Virus record (IMG/VR): IMGVR_UViG_3300042864_001965
DNA from: a virus
DNA: 64,000 nt
Direction: 5' to 3' (one strand)
Made by a program: the position numbers and the translations under genes. Below are positions 53,224 through 63,033 of this stretch, in pieces. A model generated the notes under the pieces. That model had not been told where the DNA came from. It did no database searches and worked only from the letters and a program-made list of their open reading frames with translations. Positions within the stretch are counted from its first letter, which is position 1. Each line of letters starts with the position of its first letter.

Positions 53224-54789
53224 TTATTTATCCTGAGTGTAATTTGTTTTTAGTTGAGATGCCCGTTCAATTTCTCTAGCTAGGTAGCCGATATGAAAAG
53301 ATTGAATACTGGGACAATCGGCAATTATTTGACGGATTAGCTTCAAAGGATTCTTACCTTCCCATTTTCCTACAAATTCACCACTGAGAGTTAGCTGGCT
53401 GACTGTGATATTATTACCATCTGTTTCCACTAAAAAGTTACCAGCAGGATCACTGTACTCTCGAAGTTCTTGACTAATAATTAATTGGTACTGATTGTTA
53501 ATTAACTGTTCTACGGTTTCCCAGCAGTCATCGTAAATATGGGCTGATTGACTAATAGTAATCAGTGGACCTATTGTTAAATTGTACTCAGATTGACTAG
53601 CAATTTCATCTCTGATATGACGCTGTAAAGCCCGTAATCCCATTGCATTAGCCGGCCAAGCGGAAAACATATCATTACTTCTAAAGGTAGCTGTTAAAGA
53701 CAGTTCATTATCTACTACTCTTACCCAAATATGATTGAGGCAGGGAGATCCGCCGTGATTATGATCTGAATCTCCACTTTTTCTTTCTCCTCGCACGATT
53801 GTATGATAATCGTGTCCACGCCAACTATTATGTTCGGCAAGTATTTGAGCGTTGCCACTCCCACTATCCCAGAGGGACATAACTGCACTGGCAGAGTCGA
53901 TTTCTTTGATTAATTTTGTGGTAACTGCTTTAATCTGATCCTGACCAAACCAAGAGCGTAATCTTTGACCGTAGGTATATTTAACTCCTTCCCGATAATC
54001 GGCATCATCAAGTATTTGTGGGATATAGTTCTTTAGATATTCTCTATCTAAAGGTAAGTAATTAGGTTCTGGAAAATAAAAGTCTTCTGGTTCATCGGTA
54101 ACTATCGCCATTAAATCGATTAATTCTTGCCATTTACCGTCATAGCCAGTAGGTCTGATAGTGCCAGTAGTTTTGATTCTTTGTAGTATTTTTATCCAAG
54201 TTTCAGCAATGGTTTTACTTTCAATCCGATAACCATATCGTGGACCGGGTTTTACCTCTGATGTAGGTTCATTGTAAGGAAAAACCATCGGTTTTGCCCA
54301 CGGACTAGCTAAATTAGAGTAAAGAGCTAAGTTTTTTATCTCTGATATCAAGTCTATAAAATTTGCTTGGCTAGAAATTGAAAATAAGTCAACTCCCTGA
54401 AACCGTAATTGATTTAAAACTTCTAAAGGAATATCTATATCGATATACCCTTTCACCAAAGAATCAATTACCCAGCACATTTTTCCTACATCATTTTTTT
54501 CTCTATAAACTCCATTTTTAAAGAAGTCTTTTAGACATTGAACGCTACCAGAATTTTTGTCTTCACGGGTTGAATCCATTACGACAAGATAACGAACGTG
54601 GGGATTAGCTAAAAGATTACGGACTAAAAAGTTAATTCCCCTTGACGCGCTATAAAGATTGCCAATCACGGCATAATCAGAAGAATCGAGTTTTGACGCT
54701 ACTGACTTAGCAGGAGTCCATCCTGTACAGACAGCAGTACAACCTGTCCCGACAATTAATTGATTGGGCTTGTAGATTGAATTAAACAT
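53224..54789 (-). CDS. thymidylate-synthase-fold enzyme with ~200-aa N-terminal extension
   Basis: GGSPCLNHIWVRVVDNELSLTATFRSNDMFSAWPANAMGL aligns with the ThyA core PCH...YQRS.D..LG.PFN. Both the catalytic Cys and the Asn typical of dUMP-binding members are present. Confidence 0.65.
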   Translation of the reverse strand: MFNSIYKPNQLIVGTGCTAVCTGWTPAKSVASKLDSSDYAVIGNLYSASRGINFLVRNLLANPHVRYLVVMDSTREDKNSGSVQCLKDFFKNGVYREKNDVGKMCWVIDSLVKGYIDIDIPLEVLNQLRFQGVDLFSISSQANFIDLISEIKNLALYSNLASPWAKPMVFPYNEPTSEVKPGPRYGYRIESKTIAETWIKILQRIKTTGTIRPTGYDGKWQELIDLMAIVTDEPEDFYFPEPNYLPLDREYLKNYIPQILDDADYREGVKYTYGQRLRSWFGQDQIKAVTTKLIKEIDSASAVMSLWDSGSGNAQILAEHNSWRGHDYHTIVRGERKSGDSDHNHGGSPCLNHIWVRVVDNELSLTATFRSNDMFSAWPANAMGLRALQRHIRDEIASQSEYNLTIGPLITISQSAHIYDDCWETVEQLINNQYQLIISQELREYSDPAGNFLVETDGNNITVSQLTLSGEFVGKWEGKNPLKLIRQIIADCPSIQSFHIGYLAREIERASQLKTNYTQDK

Positions 54790-54925
54790 TAGGTTTTCCT
54801 TTTTCTTTAAGATTTGGTTGCTTCCAGTCTTTTATTTCTTTAAGATATAAATTAGATCTAGGTTTCCAGTTTTCTATTTCTTCAAGAAGTGAGTCTAATT
54901 TTGCGTTGATTTCTTCAAGAGTCAT
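54782..54925 (-). CDS. hypothetical small coiled-coil protein (47 aa)
   Basis: Not in the ORF track. Its stop overlaps the ThyA-like start. Confidence 0.3.
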   Translation of the reverse strand: MTLEEINAKLDSLLEEIENWKPRSNLYLKEIKDWKQPNLKEKGKPNV

Positions 54926-55133
54926 AATTGATTTTACCTCTACTTTGTTCAAGAGATTTTATTTCTGCTAATGTTTTTTTGATTGATTCTTTTTTATTGG
55001 CAAGCAATTTTCTTACTTTTTGAAAAAGAATCAATATTCTTTTGTCAATTTCTGTGATAGTTATAAGTCCCTCTTTATTTGAGAATTTTTTACAAAAGGC
55101 AAATATTAGGGATGCGATCAGAAACTTTAACAA
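54915..55133 (-). CDS. hypothetical small membrane protein (72 aa)
   Basis: Hydrophobic N-terminus. Confidence 0.35.
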   Translation of the reverse strand: MLKFLIASLIFAFCKKFSNKEGLITITEIDKRILILFQKVRKLLANKKESIKKTLAEIKSLEQSRGKINYDS

Positions 55134-55192
55134 ATATACGAAAGGTCTATCGGGAGCATCTCATTTATGCAAGTAAGTAATTATACTTGTCC

Positions 55193-55561
55193 CTAAAACT
55201 GGTTTCTAGCAAGGCTTTCAAAATAGCTTGACATAAAACCTGATTTAGGGGTTGCAAAGGTGAGATGCTCCTGGTCTATCTGAGGAGATGCAGGATGAGG
55301 TCTAACAAATACATGATGTACCAATCCAGCTAGTTGATAAGTTCCAATGTATCGTCCTTTTTTATCTATCAAATCGTCACCAGTATCGTCACCAGTATAG
55401 TAAGTCAAAATATCAAAAATCCTCTTAGGTTCTTCTGTTTCTACTAATGCCCAAAGTGTAGGAATATGATTCTGCAACTGAACGCATAATATCTCTGCGT
55501 TTAAAGGCATTTCAATCTCATGACAAGAAGTTCTAATAGGGTACTTCCAGATGGTTTTCAT
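55193..55561 (-). CDS. hypothetical protein (122 aa)
   Basis: Intact ORF. Confidence 0.4.
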   Translation of the reverse strand: MKTIWKYPIRTSCHEIEMPLNAEILCVQLQNHIPTLWALVETEEPKRIFDILTYYTGDDTGDDLIDKKGRYIGTYQLAGLVHHVFVRPHPASPQIDQEHLTFATPKSGFMSSYFESLARNQF

Positions 55562-55616
55562 TGGTTTTTTGGGTTAGTGTACATTGATCCGATAACCGAT
55601 AACTGGCACTGTAGTA

Positions 55617-55820
55617 TTACTCTGGCTTTAGAAAGGGATTATCATCTAATCCCCATCGATGCTTAAGAAAAGCTTTGTACATATTTTCTCTGACCATCAT
55701 TTGTTCGTAGAGCTTGATCAAGAAATCCTGCGCTTGCTCCTGACTCATTTTTTCTACCTGAGCCTGAAAAGAACGAATATTGAACTGCTGTTCTAAGGAA
55801 AGTTCGTTAGGTTGAAGCAT
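55617..55820 (-). CDS. nblA: phycobilisome degradation protein NblA
   Basis: LSLEQQFNIRSFQAQVEKMSQEQAQDFLIKLYEQMMVRENMYKAFLKHRWGLD closely follows the NblA family pattern. 67 aa; TAGGAG Shine-Dalgarno. Confidence 0.85.
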   Translation of the reverse strand: MLQPNELSLEQQFNIRSFQAQVEKMSQEQAQDFLIKLYEQMMVRENMYKAFLKHRWGLDDNPFLKPE

Positions 55821-55835
55821 AGCATTACTCCTAAA

Positions 55836-56030
55836 TTAAAATTCAGACTCTTCTTTTTGAGGTTCAAATCTATTATCAAAGTCTTGTAATGTTTGTTTTA
55901 AGCAATGATAAAAGCCATTAAATTCGTCAGAAGGTTCTCAGTCTTTTCCGTGATGTTTGAGTAGCTTTCTTACCATTTCTGGTTCAATGGGAACATAGAT
56001 ATAATCTTCTAGCGTGAATTTATCTTCCAC
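55836..56030 (-). pseudogene. small ORF interrupted by in-frame TGA (55938-55940)
   Basis: A GTG start gives EDKFTLEDYIYVPIEPEMVRKLLKHHGKD-TGA-EPSDEFNGFYHCLKQTLQDFDNRFEPQKEESEF in one frame. The second half has no start codon of its own. Confidence 0.35.
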
Positions 56031-56298
56031 TGCCTAATTCCTCCCAAAAATTGTCAAAACAAGTGATTTTCATCTCTAATCTTCTGTCAAATAAATCTTG
56101 AAAATTAGGATTATCAATTTCTTTTTTTATTCTATCAGAGTATTCATGTACAAAAGAAATAATGTTTTCAAGGCTGATAGCATTGTTAGCTTCATCTTGA
56201 TAATATTGTTCTTTTTGAGCATCCGACATTTTATCCCAAATTTGACTTCTTAATTCTATTAAGTCTTTTTTAAGGTTTTTTATTAGATTCGCATCCAT
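56020..56298 (-). CDS. hypothetical protein (92 aa)
   Basis: AAGAGG Shine-Dalgarno. Confidence 0.4.
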   Translation of the reverse strand: MDANLIKNLKKDLIELRSQIWDKMSDAQKEQYYQDEANNAISLENIISFVHEYSDRIKKEIDNPNFQDLFDRRLEMKITCFDNFWEELGSGR

Positions 56299-56313
56299 AC
56301 CATAACACCTCTT

Positions 56314-56517
56314 TTAGATAATTATCTCTTTTTGATCGCCATTTTTTTCGAGTATTAACCGAGTATCTTTTTCTGCCTGAGATTTAGCATATAAAGCCAT
56401 AAACTTTAATCCTTTGCGAATAATTTCAGTCTTCGATAAATTCAACTGCTGAGATATTTCTTCGAGATGTTCTGAGCTTTTCCCACTAAACTCTATTTGA
56501 AATTGTTTGATACTCAT
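56314..56517 (-). CDS. possible ribbon-helix-helix protein (67 aa)
   Basis: LEEISQQLNLSKTEIIRKGLKFMALYAK. Confidence 0.35.
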   Translation of the reverse strand: MSIKQFQIEFSGKSSEHLEEISQQLNLSKTEIIRKGLKFMALYAKSQAEKDTRLILEKNGDQKEIII

Positions 56518-56527
56518 GTTTTAGCTC

Positions 56528-57166
56528 TTACCGATACTTCTCCACTAAATAATCAATATACGATTCTTTGGGGTCTTCTGAGCCTAAATCAACAACCCCC
56601 ACTAAGTTTCTTGTCCAAGAATCAAGATCGCTTAAATCATCTGTTAGGGAATGAGAGTAGGTGATTTTTTGCTTTGTCTTTACTAAAACTTCCCACAGGT
56701 CGTTAGTGTAGGCTAGTTCTCTAGCCAGTTTTCTTTGTCTTTTTCTGCAATCTTCTTCCCATGATTTCTGAAATTCATCCCACGCTTTCTCGTCCCATCG
56801 TTTTTCGTATATATCATATTCGTATTGACTGTAGTCAAAGTCGTTCATTTTTTGCCACATTTTTTGTATTGTTTTTCTGAAATAATTTTGCCTAATTTTC
56901 TTTAATTTCTTCCATGCGTCATTAAAATTTGGAATAATTAATTGACTGGTTTTTATCCAATTTTTCCAGTTTACTTGCGTGTACTTTTTTATCAGATTAA
57001 CCTCGACAATTTCCTGTATAACATTTTTTAGCAGTTCAATGCTTTTAATGTCTGGACATTCTTGAATTTCAAAACCACAGTAGTTACAAAAAACTACATA
57101 ACTTAATGTGGTTCCTATTTTTACTCCAAGAGATAACGAGGTTTTATGAAGCTTGGATTTGTCCAT
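56528..57166 (-). CDS. hypothetical protein (212 aa)
   Basis: Strong AAGGAGG Shine-Dalgarno. Confidence 0.45.
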   Translation of the reverse strand: MDKSKLHKTSLSLGVKIGTTLSYVVFCNYCGFEIQECPDIKSIELLKNVIQEIVEVNLIKKYTQVNWKNWIKTSQLIIPNFNDAWKKLKKIRQNYFRKTIQKMWQKMNDFDYSQYEYDIYEKRWDEKAWDEFQKSWEEDCRKRQRKLARELAYTNDLWEVLVKTKQKITYSHSLTDDLSDLDSWTRNLVGVVDLGSEDPKESYIDYLVEKYR

Positions 57167-57357
57167 GATGTACCTCCTTTAGATAACTATTTGGCTTTAT
57201 AAGTTAACTTCTTTCTAAGAAAAGCCAAGAAACCCATAGAACTACTATCGCAATATTTAACATGAAAAATGTTAAATCTATCAGTAATTGTTTTGACATA
57301 ATTTTATCTTGTTTTTACAAATTTACCATAATTAAACTATACGCCTTCTTACTTGAA

Positions 57358-57386
57358 TTGTCAAGATAATTTTGATACACTAAGAT
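57358..57386 (+). promoter_or_regulatory. sigma70-like promoter TTGTCA-17-TAAGAT
   Basis: Read directly, about 24 nt upstream of the ATG at 57410. Confidence 0.5.
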
Positions 57387-57409
57387 TAGAAAAATTTATA
57401 TTAATACAA

Positions 57410-57844
57410 ATGTTCGACAGTGCTATTGGAGTTGCGGGGAAATTTTTAGAAAATCCCACAATTAAGGCTAATGCTTCTCTATCCTTTTCTGTGGCTACAG
57501 GCTCTACCATGATTACCGATGCCGTTGGTAATCCTGTTATGCGAGCATCTTCTATAGAGTCTGTAGTAATTACCTGTTGGTTGCAACAGTCAAAACCGCC
57601 TGTGGCAGAAGTACAAGAAGGTAGTTATCTCGATTGTGAATATTTTGAGGGAAGATTGGTAAAGCCTAAAGATTACCCGCTCCCGATCATGAGTACAGGA
57701 GAATTACAGGTAACAATTAATGGCAGAATCGGTCTTGTCAGGCAGTTAAATGTATTTGAGTCCCCGACAAGTCAACAGCTAGGAATTGCCGCAAAACTAG
57801 GGCGGAGAATTAAACTTTATGCAAGATTTGATCAGGGTAGTTAA
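57410..57844 (+). CDS. hypothetical protein (144 aa; start trimmed to MFDSAIGV)
   Basis: The track start is TTG inside the promoter. Confidence 0.4.
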   Translation: MFDSAIGVAGKFLENPTIKANASLSFSVATGSTMITDAVGNPVMRASSIESVVITCWLQQSKPPVAEVQEGSYLDCEYFEGRLVKPKDYPLPIMSTGELQVTINGRIGLVRQLNVFESPTSQQLGIAAKLGRRIKLYARFDQGS

Positions 57845-57988
57845 GTATCGGAACCTTTTAAGTAGCCGAGGTATCCTGAAACAACTGCTACGATAACATT
57901 GCCGTAGGTGTCAGTAGTTTCAGGAGTAAAGAAAGAATGAATCAAGCAGGCGAAAACAATTGAAACACAGACAATAGACGGGTCTAAT

Positions 57989-58399
57989 TTAAGATGTGGC
58001 ATTGCTATCACCATCCTCTATAAAAATTTTTTTTAGAATTGGTTTATCACTAATTGTTAACTTTAATTCGTCTTTCGTCCATTTTGTGAATATTGAATCG
58101 TATCCATAGATATATTTTAAATTATCATTGGCAATAACTCCCGCTTTTTTCAGTCCGTCATTAACGTATTTTGCGCTACCACAAACATTATCAGGGTCAC
58201 GTCCAAAGTTTTTAATTCGCCATTCGTAAAACATCCATACTTTGTCAGGAAAACATGGAATTTTTTGTTCTATAATAAGTTTTTGTATATTAAAGTCCCA
58301 TTCTTTTTTAGTAGTTGCGCTTTTAAATTTATTTGCACGAGCTAATCTTATTTGATCATTAAGAGTCGGCGGAAGTGGACAGATAAAAATTGCTCTCAT
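57989..58399 (-). CDS. rusA: RusA-family Holliday junction resolvase
   Basis: LPPTLNDQIR near the N-terminus, RDPDNVCGSAKYVNDGLKKAGVIANDN, and C-terminal LKLTISD parallel E. coli RusA blocks. Confidence 0.65.
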   Translation of the reverse strand: MRAIFICPLPPTLNDQIRLARANKFKSATTKKEWDFNIQKLIIEQKIPCFPDKVWMFYEWRIKNFGRDPDNVCGSAKYVNDGLKKAGVIANDNLKYIYGYDSIFTKWTKDELKLTISDKPILKKIFIEDGDSNATS

Positions 58400-59094
58400 A
58401 ATCTTATTGGGCGATACTTTTTAAATATCATTAGCAAATCATCAGGAATTGTACCAAGTTGACCAGTCCCATAATTGATTTTTGCCTCTTCAAAAGGTAA
58501 TTCAACTGACGAAACACCTCTAAAAGAACCTGTATTGCATACCCAATCTAAAACACGACCAAAAGCCGCTTTTATCTCTCTTGTTTGTCGGGTATCTTGA
58601 GAGAAATCAATGCCACTGGAATATTCCACATCAGCCTCGGAAAACTCAGGATATGGTTCACGACCATAGCCGTGATAGCCGCCATATCCCCACGATCTAC
58701 CAATTGCTGTAGATAAGTGAATTTGCCCGTCTATATCGATTATGTAGTCGTTAGAACCTAAAATTTGCCAATTATCAGGAGCGATAGCCCGATTAAATCC
58801 ATCGGTAATATTGCCTAGTCTAGCTTTAATTATCAGAGCAGGTTCACTAATAATTGGAGTATTTATACTGACATAAGTTAATCTAAAATTTTGGAATTTT
58901 AGATTAACTCTTAGTCTTTCCCGGTGACGGGTAATTTCTAGGGGTCGATCTGCTCCTCTATCGCCTTCAATGATTGATTGAACAAAGTAAATCGCACCAG
59001 TGACGGCATCTTCTGGTAAAGATACTGATGGTGCGAAAATAGAGAGGTCATCAATGCTAAAAATCATTAGGAAATTTTGCTCAATAGAGGACAA
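58396..59094 (-). CDS. hypothetical head-module protein (232 aa)
   Basis: Position downstream of the capsid gene. Confidence 0.4.
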   Translation of the reverse strand: MSSIEQNFLMIFSIDDLSIFAPSVSLPEDAVTGAIYFVQSIIEGDRGADRPLEITRHRERLRVNLKFQNFRLTYVSINTPIISEPALIIKARLGNITDGFNRAIAPDNWQILGSNDYIIDIDGQIHLSTAIGRSWGYGGYHGYGREPYPEFSEADVEYSSGIDFSQDTRQTREIKAAFGRVLDWVCNTGSFRGVSSVELPFEEAKINYGTGQLGTIPDDLLMIFKKYRPIRL

Positions 59095-59291
59095 CTGGTG
59101 TCGTTAACTGGACAAAATGGGCGACGATCAAGATCGGTACTGAGTTTACCTTTACACCGGTTACAGACTGGATAACCCAGTGCTTTCAGATTGTCATAAG
59201 TAACTTTATTGGTTCCATTTGTCGGGGGAAGGTTTTTAGTTCCACCTGTCGCAGTGGGTAAAGTTTCTTCGAGGGTTTCTTTGTTTGCCAT
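59067..59291 (-). CDS. hypothetical small Cys-containing protein (74 aa)
   Basis: CNRCKG...C.....C. Confidence 0.35.
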   Translation of the reverse strand: MANKETLEETLPTATGGTKNLPPTNGTNKVTYDNLKALGYPVCNRCKGKLSTDLDRRPFCPVNDTSCPLLSKIS

Positions 59292-59310
59292 AATTTTTAA
59301 AAAGATAAGG

Positions 59311-61197
59311 TTATGCCGCTACATCTAGGGTGCGTAATTCAGCTACTCGTAACTGTTGAGAAGGCTCACCAGTACCTACGGGATCAACGTCTAAGGTTTT
59401 GTAACCCCGCCACGCCAACCAAGTCATGCGCGTTCTACGATCAAACTGGGTTACCTCATCTTGACGAATTTCAAAAGGCATCGCTTCACCAATACCTAGA
59501 GCGCCGGCTCCGATTAAATACCCAGTACGGGTAATTCTAGAACCCAAAGAACCACCTAAAGTCTCGTTTTGAACACCAGGTTGACCAGCTGCACCGGTTC
59601 CGACGCTTTGCCCAGTTTCAAAGATATGGAATTTCTCTACCAATCCTAGATATCCAGTTACCCGACCTGTATCTCCGGGGGGAATATAGGAAGGATTAAG
59701 AATATTTAACAAGTCATCTAGGTCACGTTTTGTATTTGCTTGCCAGTCGCGTTCGTTTTCATATGACTCTTTAAGTTGTAGAATTTGAGTCGAGTTAAGA
59801 AACAAGAAAAATGTCTCATCGTCATTCATTTGAAACTGGTTATCGTGGGCGTATTGATACAGTTTTCGCATGAACTTCTTGGTAAAAGTTCCATTGTCTC
59901 CTGCTGCTGATAATCCAGTGGGGGAAGTGACAAGAGTGCCGTTTTTATTGTAAAGATGCAATGACGTACTATCGAGCATCGTCTTGATCATGTTATTATC
60001 CCATGCGGCATAATCTCGGAAAAGACTTTTTTGCATCCAATCAATCATAGGCATTGCACTGAAAAATTCTGTGAATGATGGGATGGCCACGGGTCGAATT
60101 GGAGTAGAAGCTCCTACTTTACCGCGTCCATATTCAAAGATTTCTGCCGATACACTGGACGCACTACTGTTGTCAGATTCAGAAGTCAGGTCAGCATACT
60201 CACCTTTTCCTGATAGTAAGTAATCGTTTACCGCCGGAGAACTGGTCAAATAATTTAGTCTAGGAATCCGAATAACAGTTCCACTGCGAGCCGTAAAATC
60301 TAAGGCATAAGTAGGAATCTGCCAAAAGGTCAGTCCTGAAATGTGTGTTGTGCGGACGATTGCTGACAAAGTGTCGAGAAAAAATGGGGGAAGATTATCC
60401 GCAGTCGTTGGGCTATTTTTCGAGCTTTCACCTAGTACTGGAGCCGCACTATTGCCGCGGAACCATCCGCGTTTACGTCCAAAATCTTCTAAGGAATTAA
60501 TAACTGCTTCTCGGTTATTACGAATATGGCGATCTAGGGGAGCTTTGTTGTACAAGTCCATCGTTTGATTGCCACCCATAACCGCCTGACGGATCATGCC
60601 AGAATTTTTCTGGATGTCTTCAATCAAGTCAAAGGTTTCTTGAAGCGCACCAGTGATTTTATCGGCATCATGGGCGACGGTTTTATTGAAGTTAGGCAAC
60701 TGCATTTTTGCTGGTGTTTGGCTACCGTAAAGCTTTCCTAAGTCAGCAAAATTATTAATCGTTTTTTCTGACTCAGTGACTTTAGCTTCTAATTGAGCAA
60801 TTTTTTCATTAGATTTTTGGATAGTTTCTGTAGCAAGACTGAGAGAAGCTTCTAGAGTAGCTTTTGCAGTCTCAAACTGTTGCTTTTGGGCTTCTAATGC
60901 AGATTGTTTTTCCAATTCCATCGCTTGCTTTACTGAGGCTACGGATGCCACCACGGTATTTTGTACAAGCTCTTCAAGCATTTTGGGGTCAAAAGCTGGC
61001 GCAGGAGCAGTAGCAGTAGCGGGTTTGGGGTCAGAATTTTTAACTGGTACACCACCCTCAGAAGACTTTAAATCACCTCGAAAAGTGGCTTTTTGAGTCA
61101 GGGCGTAGATTTCTTCTTGAGAAGGAGCATCACTTCCTTCTGCTGAATCTTTAATAACTACGGGAGTAACCCGTTTAATTTCTTTTAGGGTATTCAT
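59311..61197 (-). CDS. putative major capsid protein with N-terminal coiled-coil (scaffold-like) region
   Basis: Large ORF in the head block after the MuF-like and 239-aa ORFs. Ala/Glu-rich coiled coil, then a globular domain. The start is trimmed to MNTLKEIK. Confidence 0.55.
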   Translation of the reverse strand: MNTLKEIKRVTPVVIKDSAEGSDAPSQEEIYALTQKATFRGDLKSSEGGVPVKNSDPKPATATAPAPAFDPKMLEELVQNTVVASVASVKQAMELEKQSALEAQKQQFETAKATLEASLSLATETIQKSNEKIAQLEAKVTESEKTINNFADLGKLYGSQTPAKMQLPNFNKTVAHDADKITGALQETFDLIEDIQKNSGMIRQAVMGGNQTMDLYNKAPLDRHIRNNREAVINSLEDFGRKRGWFRGNSAAPVLGESSKNSPTTADNLPPFFLDTLSAIVRTTHISGLTFWQIPTYALDFTARSGTVIRIPRLNYLTSSPAVNDYLLSGKGEYADLTSESDNSSASSVSAEIFEYGRGKVGASTPIRPVAIPSFTEFFSAMPMIDWMQKSLFRDYAAWDNNMIKTMLDSTSLHLYNKNGTLVTSPTGLSAAGDNGTFTKKFMRKLYQYAHDNQFQMNDDETFFLFLNSTQILQLKESYENERDWQANTKRDLDDLLNILNPSYIPPGDTGRVTGYLGLVEKFHIFETGQSVGTGAAGQPGVQNETLGGSLGSRITRTGYLIGAGALGIGEAMPFEIRQDEVTQFDRRTRMTWLAWRGYKTLDVDPVGTGEPSQQLRVAELRTLDVAA

Positions 61198-61252
61198 TAC
61201 TGATTGCTGATCACTAACTATTAGATATAATTGTACTACAGAACTTTCTGTT

Positions 61253-61972
61253 TTAGGTAAAAACAAAAGTATTGGGACGGGAATCTATTAATCTTGCTTG
61301 GCGACAATTGCCACTGGCAACAAAACTGCATTCGATAGAATCCATTTTTCCGGAACGGCGATAGTAAGGGGTTAGCGTTTCTTCATCTACTAGCCCTGCC
61401 ATATACGGGGGGTAGTGGGGACATTTAGGATCACTGTAAGGAATATCGCAGATAGGACAAATCGACTCGCCATAAAAAATTCCCCCCATTGAAACATCGG
61501 CTTTTCTGCCATAGGAAATCTCCGAAACAATCGGGTGAGTCGTTTCTATAAATCCAAAGACTAAGACCTGATGATAGCCGTCTTTTTGGATTATTCGATA
61601 ATCTTCGCCTGGATTAGGAGATTTTTCGAGGATTCGTGCTATCCCTTCCTTGCTTACACGAGGCAAGGAATAAATAAAAGAATCATAGATCATCCCAAAA
61701 GTTTTGGTCTGATCTTCCCATTCATGATCGATCATCAAAGCGCATCCAGGGTAACTAGCTACCATGGTTTCTAAAACATTTTTATCCCATACCTGGCCAG
61801 AACTGTGAATTAAGTTATTTGAAGCAATTAAAGCAAATCGCATCAGTTCCGATGGTTCCCACGGATCAAGTCCGTAGGGTTTGAATTGATTGATTAGCGA
61901 CATCTCCTCGTCGGTAGGATGACGGGTCTGTAGCAATATCTCTAATTTAGCGCGGGTTAGTTCTAGTTCCAT
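61253..61972 (-). CDS. hypothetical head-maturation protein (protease or scaffold candidate)
   Basis: Call rests on position only. Confidence 0.3.
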   Translation of the reverse strand: MELELTRAKLEILLQTRHPTDEEMSLINQFKPYGLDPWEPSELMRFALIASNNLIHSSGQVWDKNVLETMVASYPGCALMIDHEWEDQTKTFGMIYDSFIYSLPRVSKEGIARILEKSPNPGEDYRIIQKDGYHQVLVFGFIETTHPIVSEISYGRKADVSMGGIFYGESICPICDIPYSDPKCPHYPPYMAGLVDEETLTPYYRRSGKMDSIECSFVASGNCRQARLIDSRPNTFVFT

Positions 61973-62154
61973 GTCAATAAAAAATACTTATATAAATAAT
62001 TCTATCTAAAGACTTGACGTTTATGGTTGGTTGATGTATATTAATAGTGTCGTCTCCAGCCCAACCTATAAATATAAAATTTCAATACAAAATATTTGTC
62101 TCCATAGAAAGTGTATATCTGAGGAAACAACGCAGGATTAATACCCTGCGTTTT

Positions 62155-62799
62155 TTATTTCGTCCAGCCAAAGTTTAACGAAAGCATATTCTGGGTAGGT
62201 CGTGTCCTAGAGTTAGAAAAAATAAAGTAACAACCGCAATTAGCCCGACAAGTACATCTTTCAGTCGGTCGGGGGAGTGTTCCAATAGGCTGCCAACCAG
62301 CACTTTCATAAAAAAGACACTCTTGGCAAGATTCTTTTTTGGTAATTATTCTCTTTTCCCACTTGTTGACTAGAGCGTGTCCTCTCCTGTTTCCCTCTTC
62401 AAAAGCTTCCCTAGACTTGGCAATGTACTGTTTAGAGCGATTGATTATTTGAGCCTCTGATTGAGTACCAAAAATAATATCACGGGAAAACTTTCTTAAT
62501 CGTGCGTATTGTGTTCTAAGCATCTGACCAATTCTGCCATAGTCAGAAGCGTTCATATCGGGCTTACCAACTTGATAAAGCTGAATAGTTAGGTTTTTAA
62601 TCTCAAAAGACATTTTTTCTTCCCACTCGCTGACAGTTATTTTTTTCTGTAAAAGGTCACGGGTAAGTTTATCTGTTTTTTGAGTACGGGCATTAATAGT
62701 TTGTTGGGAGATTTGTCTAACTTTTTCAGTAGAGACAAATCTCCCCGTTCGATTGTCTCGATAGCGTCGAGTTGCAGGGTTAAAAGAAAAATCACTCAT
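62155..62799 (-). CDS. Mu F / SPP1 gp7-like head morphogenesis protein
   Basis: The C-terminal CQEC...GWQPIGTLPRPTERCTCRANCGC resembles the MuF C-terminal Cys motif. Confidence 0.55.
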   Translation of the reverse strand: MSDFSFNPATRRYRDNRTGRFVSTEKVRQISQQTINARTQKTDKLTRDLLQKKITVSEWEEKMSFEIKNLTIQLYQVGKPDMNASDYGRIGQMLRTQYARLRKFSRDIIFGTQSEAQIINRSKQYIAKSREAFEEGNRRGHALVNKWEKRIITKKESCQECLFYESAGWQPIGTLPRPTERCTCRANCGCYFIFSNSRTRPTQNMLSLNFGWTK

Positions 62800-62962
62800 A
62801 ACTTATTTCAGGTTCTAATAGGTTTTTAAATTCATCATCTGGGGGTTTTTTTTTCCAGTCATCGATAGCTTTTTGGATGTCATTGGCTGTTACTTTGGCT
62901 CTCTCTAGCAACTGACTAATTGGCTGTAGGTTTTTATCTTCTGGGTTGAATTTATCTGTCAT
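62792..62962 (-). CDS. hypothetical small protein (56 aa)
   Basis: Not in the ORF track. GGAGA Shine-Dalgarno; its stop overlaps the MuF-like start (ATGAGTGA). Confidence 0.45.
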   Translation of the reverse strand: MTDKFNPEDKNLQPISQLLERAKVTANDIQKAIDDWKKKPPDDEFKNLLEPEISYE

Positions 62963-63033
62963 ATTATTTGTCTCCTAATCCGTCATAATAATTCTTGGAT
63001 TTTTTCTGATTTATCAAGTTTAGCTTTTTGATA

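Noticed and set aside
4854-56030. Genome-wide stop-codon reassignment (TAG or TGA read as sense)
   Set aside because: TAG terminates terL (34867-34869), the chaperone gene (21964), 2934..3377 and 8300..8671. TGA terminates the J-like gene, 3559..4104 and the PIN gene. None of the three tRNAs has a CUA or UCA anticodon. Large conserved genes contain no internal stops. Local decay or readthrough is more likely.
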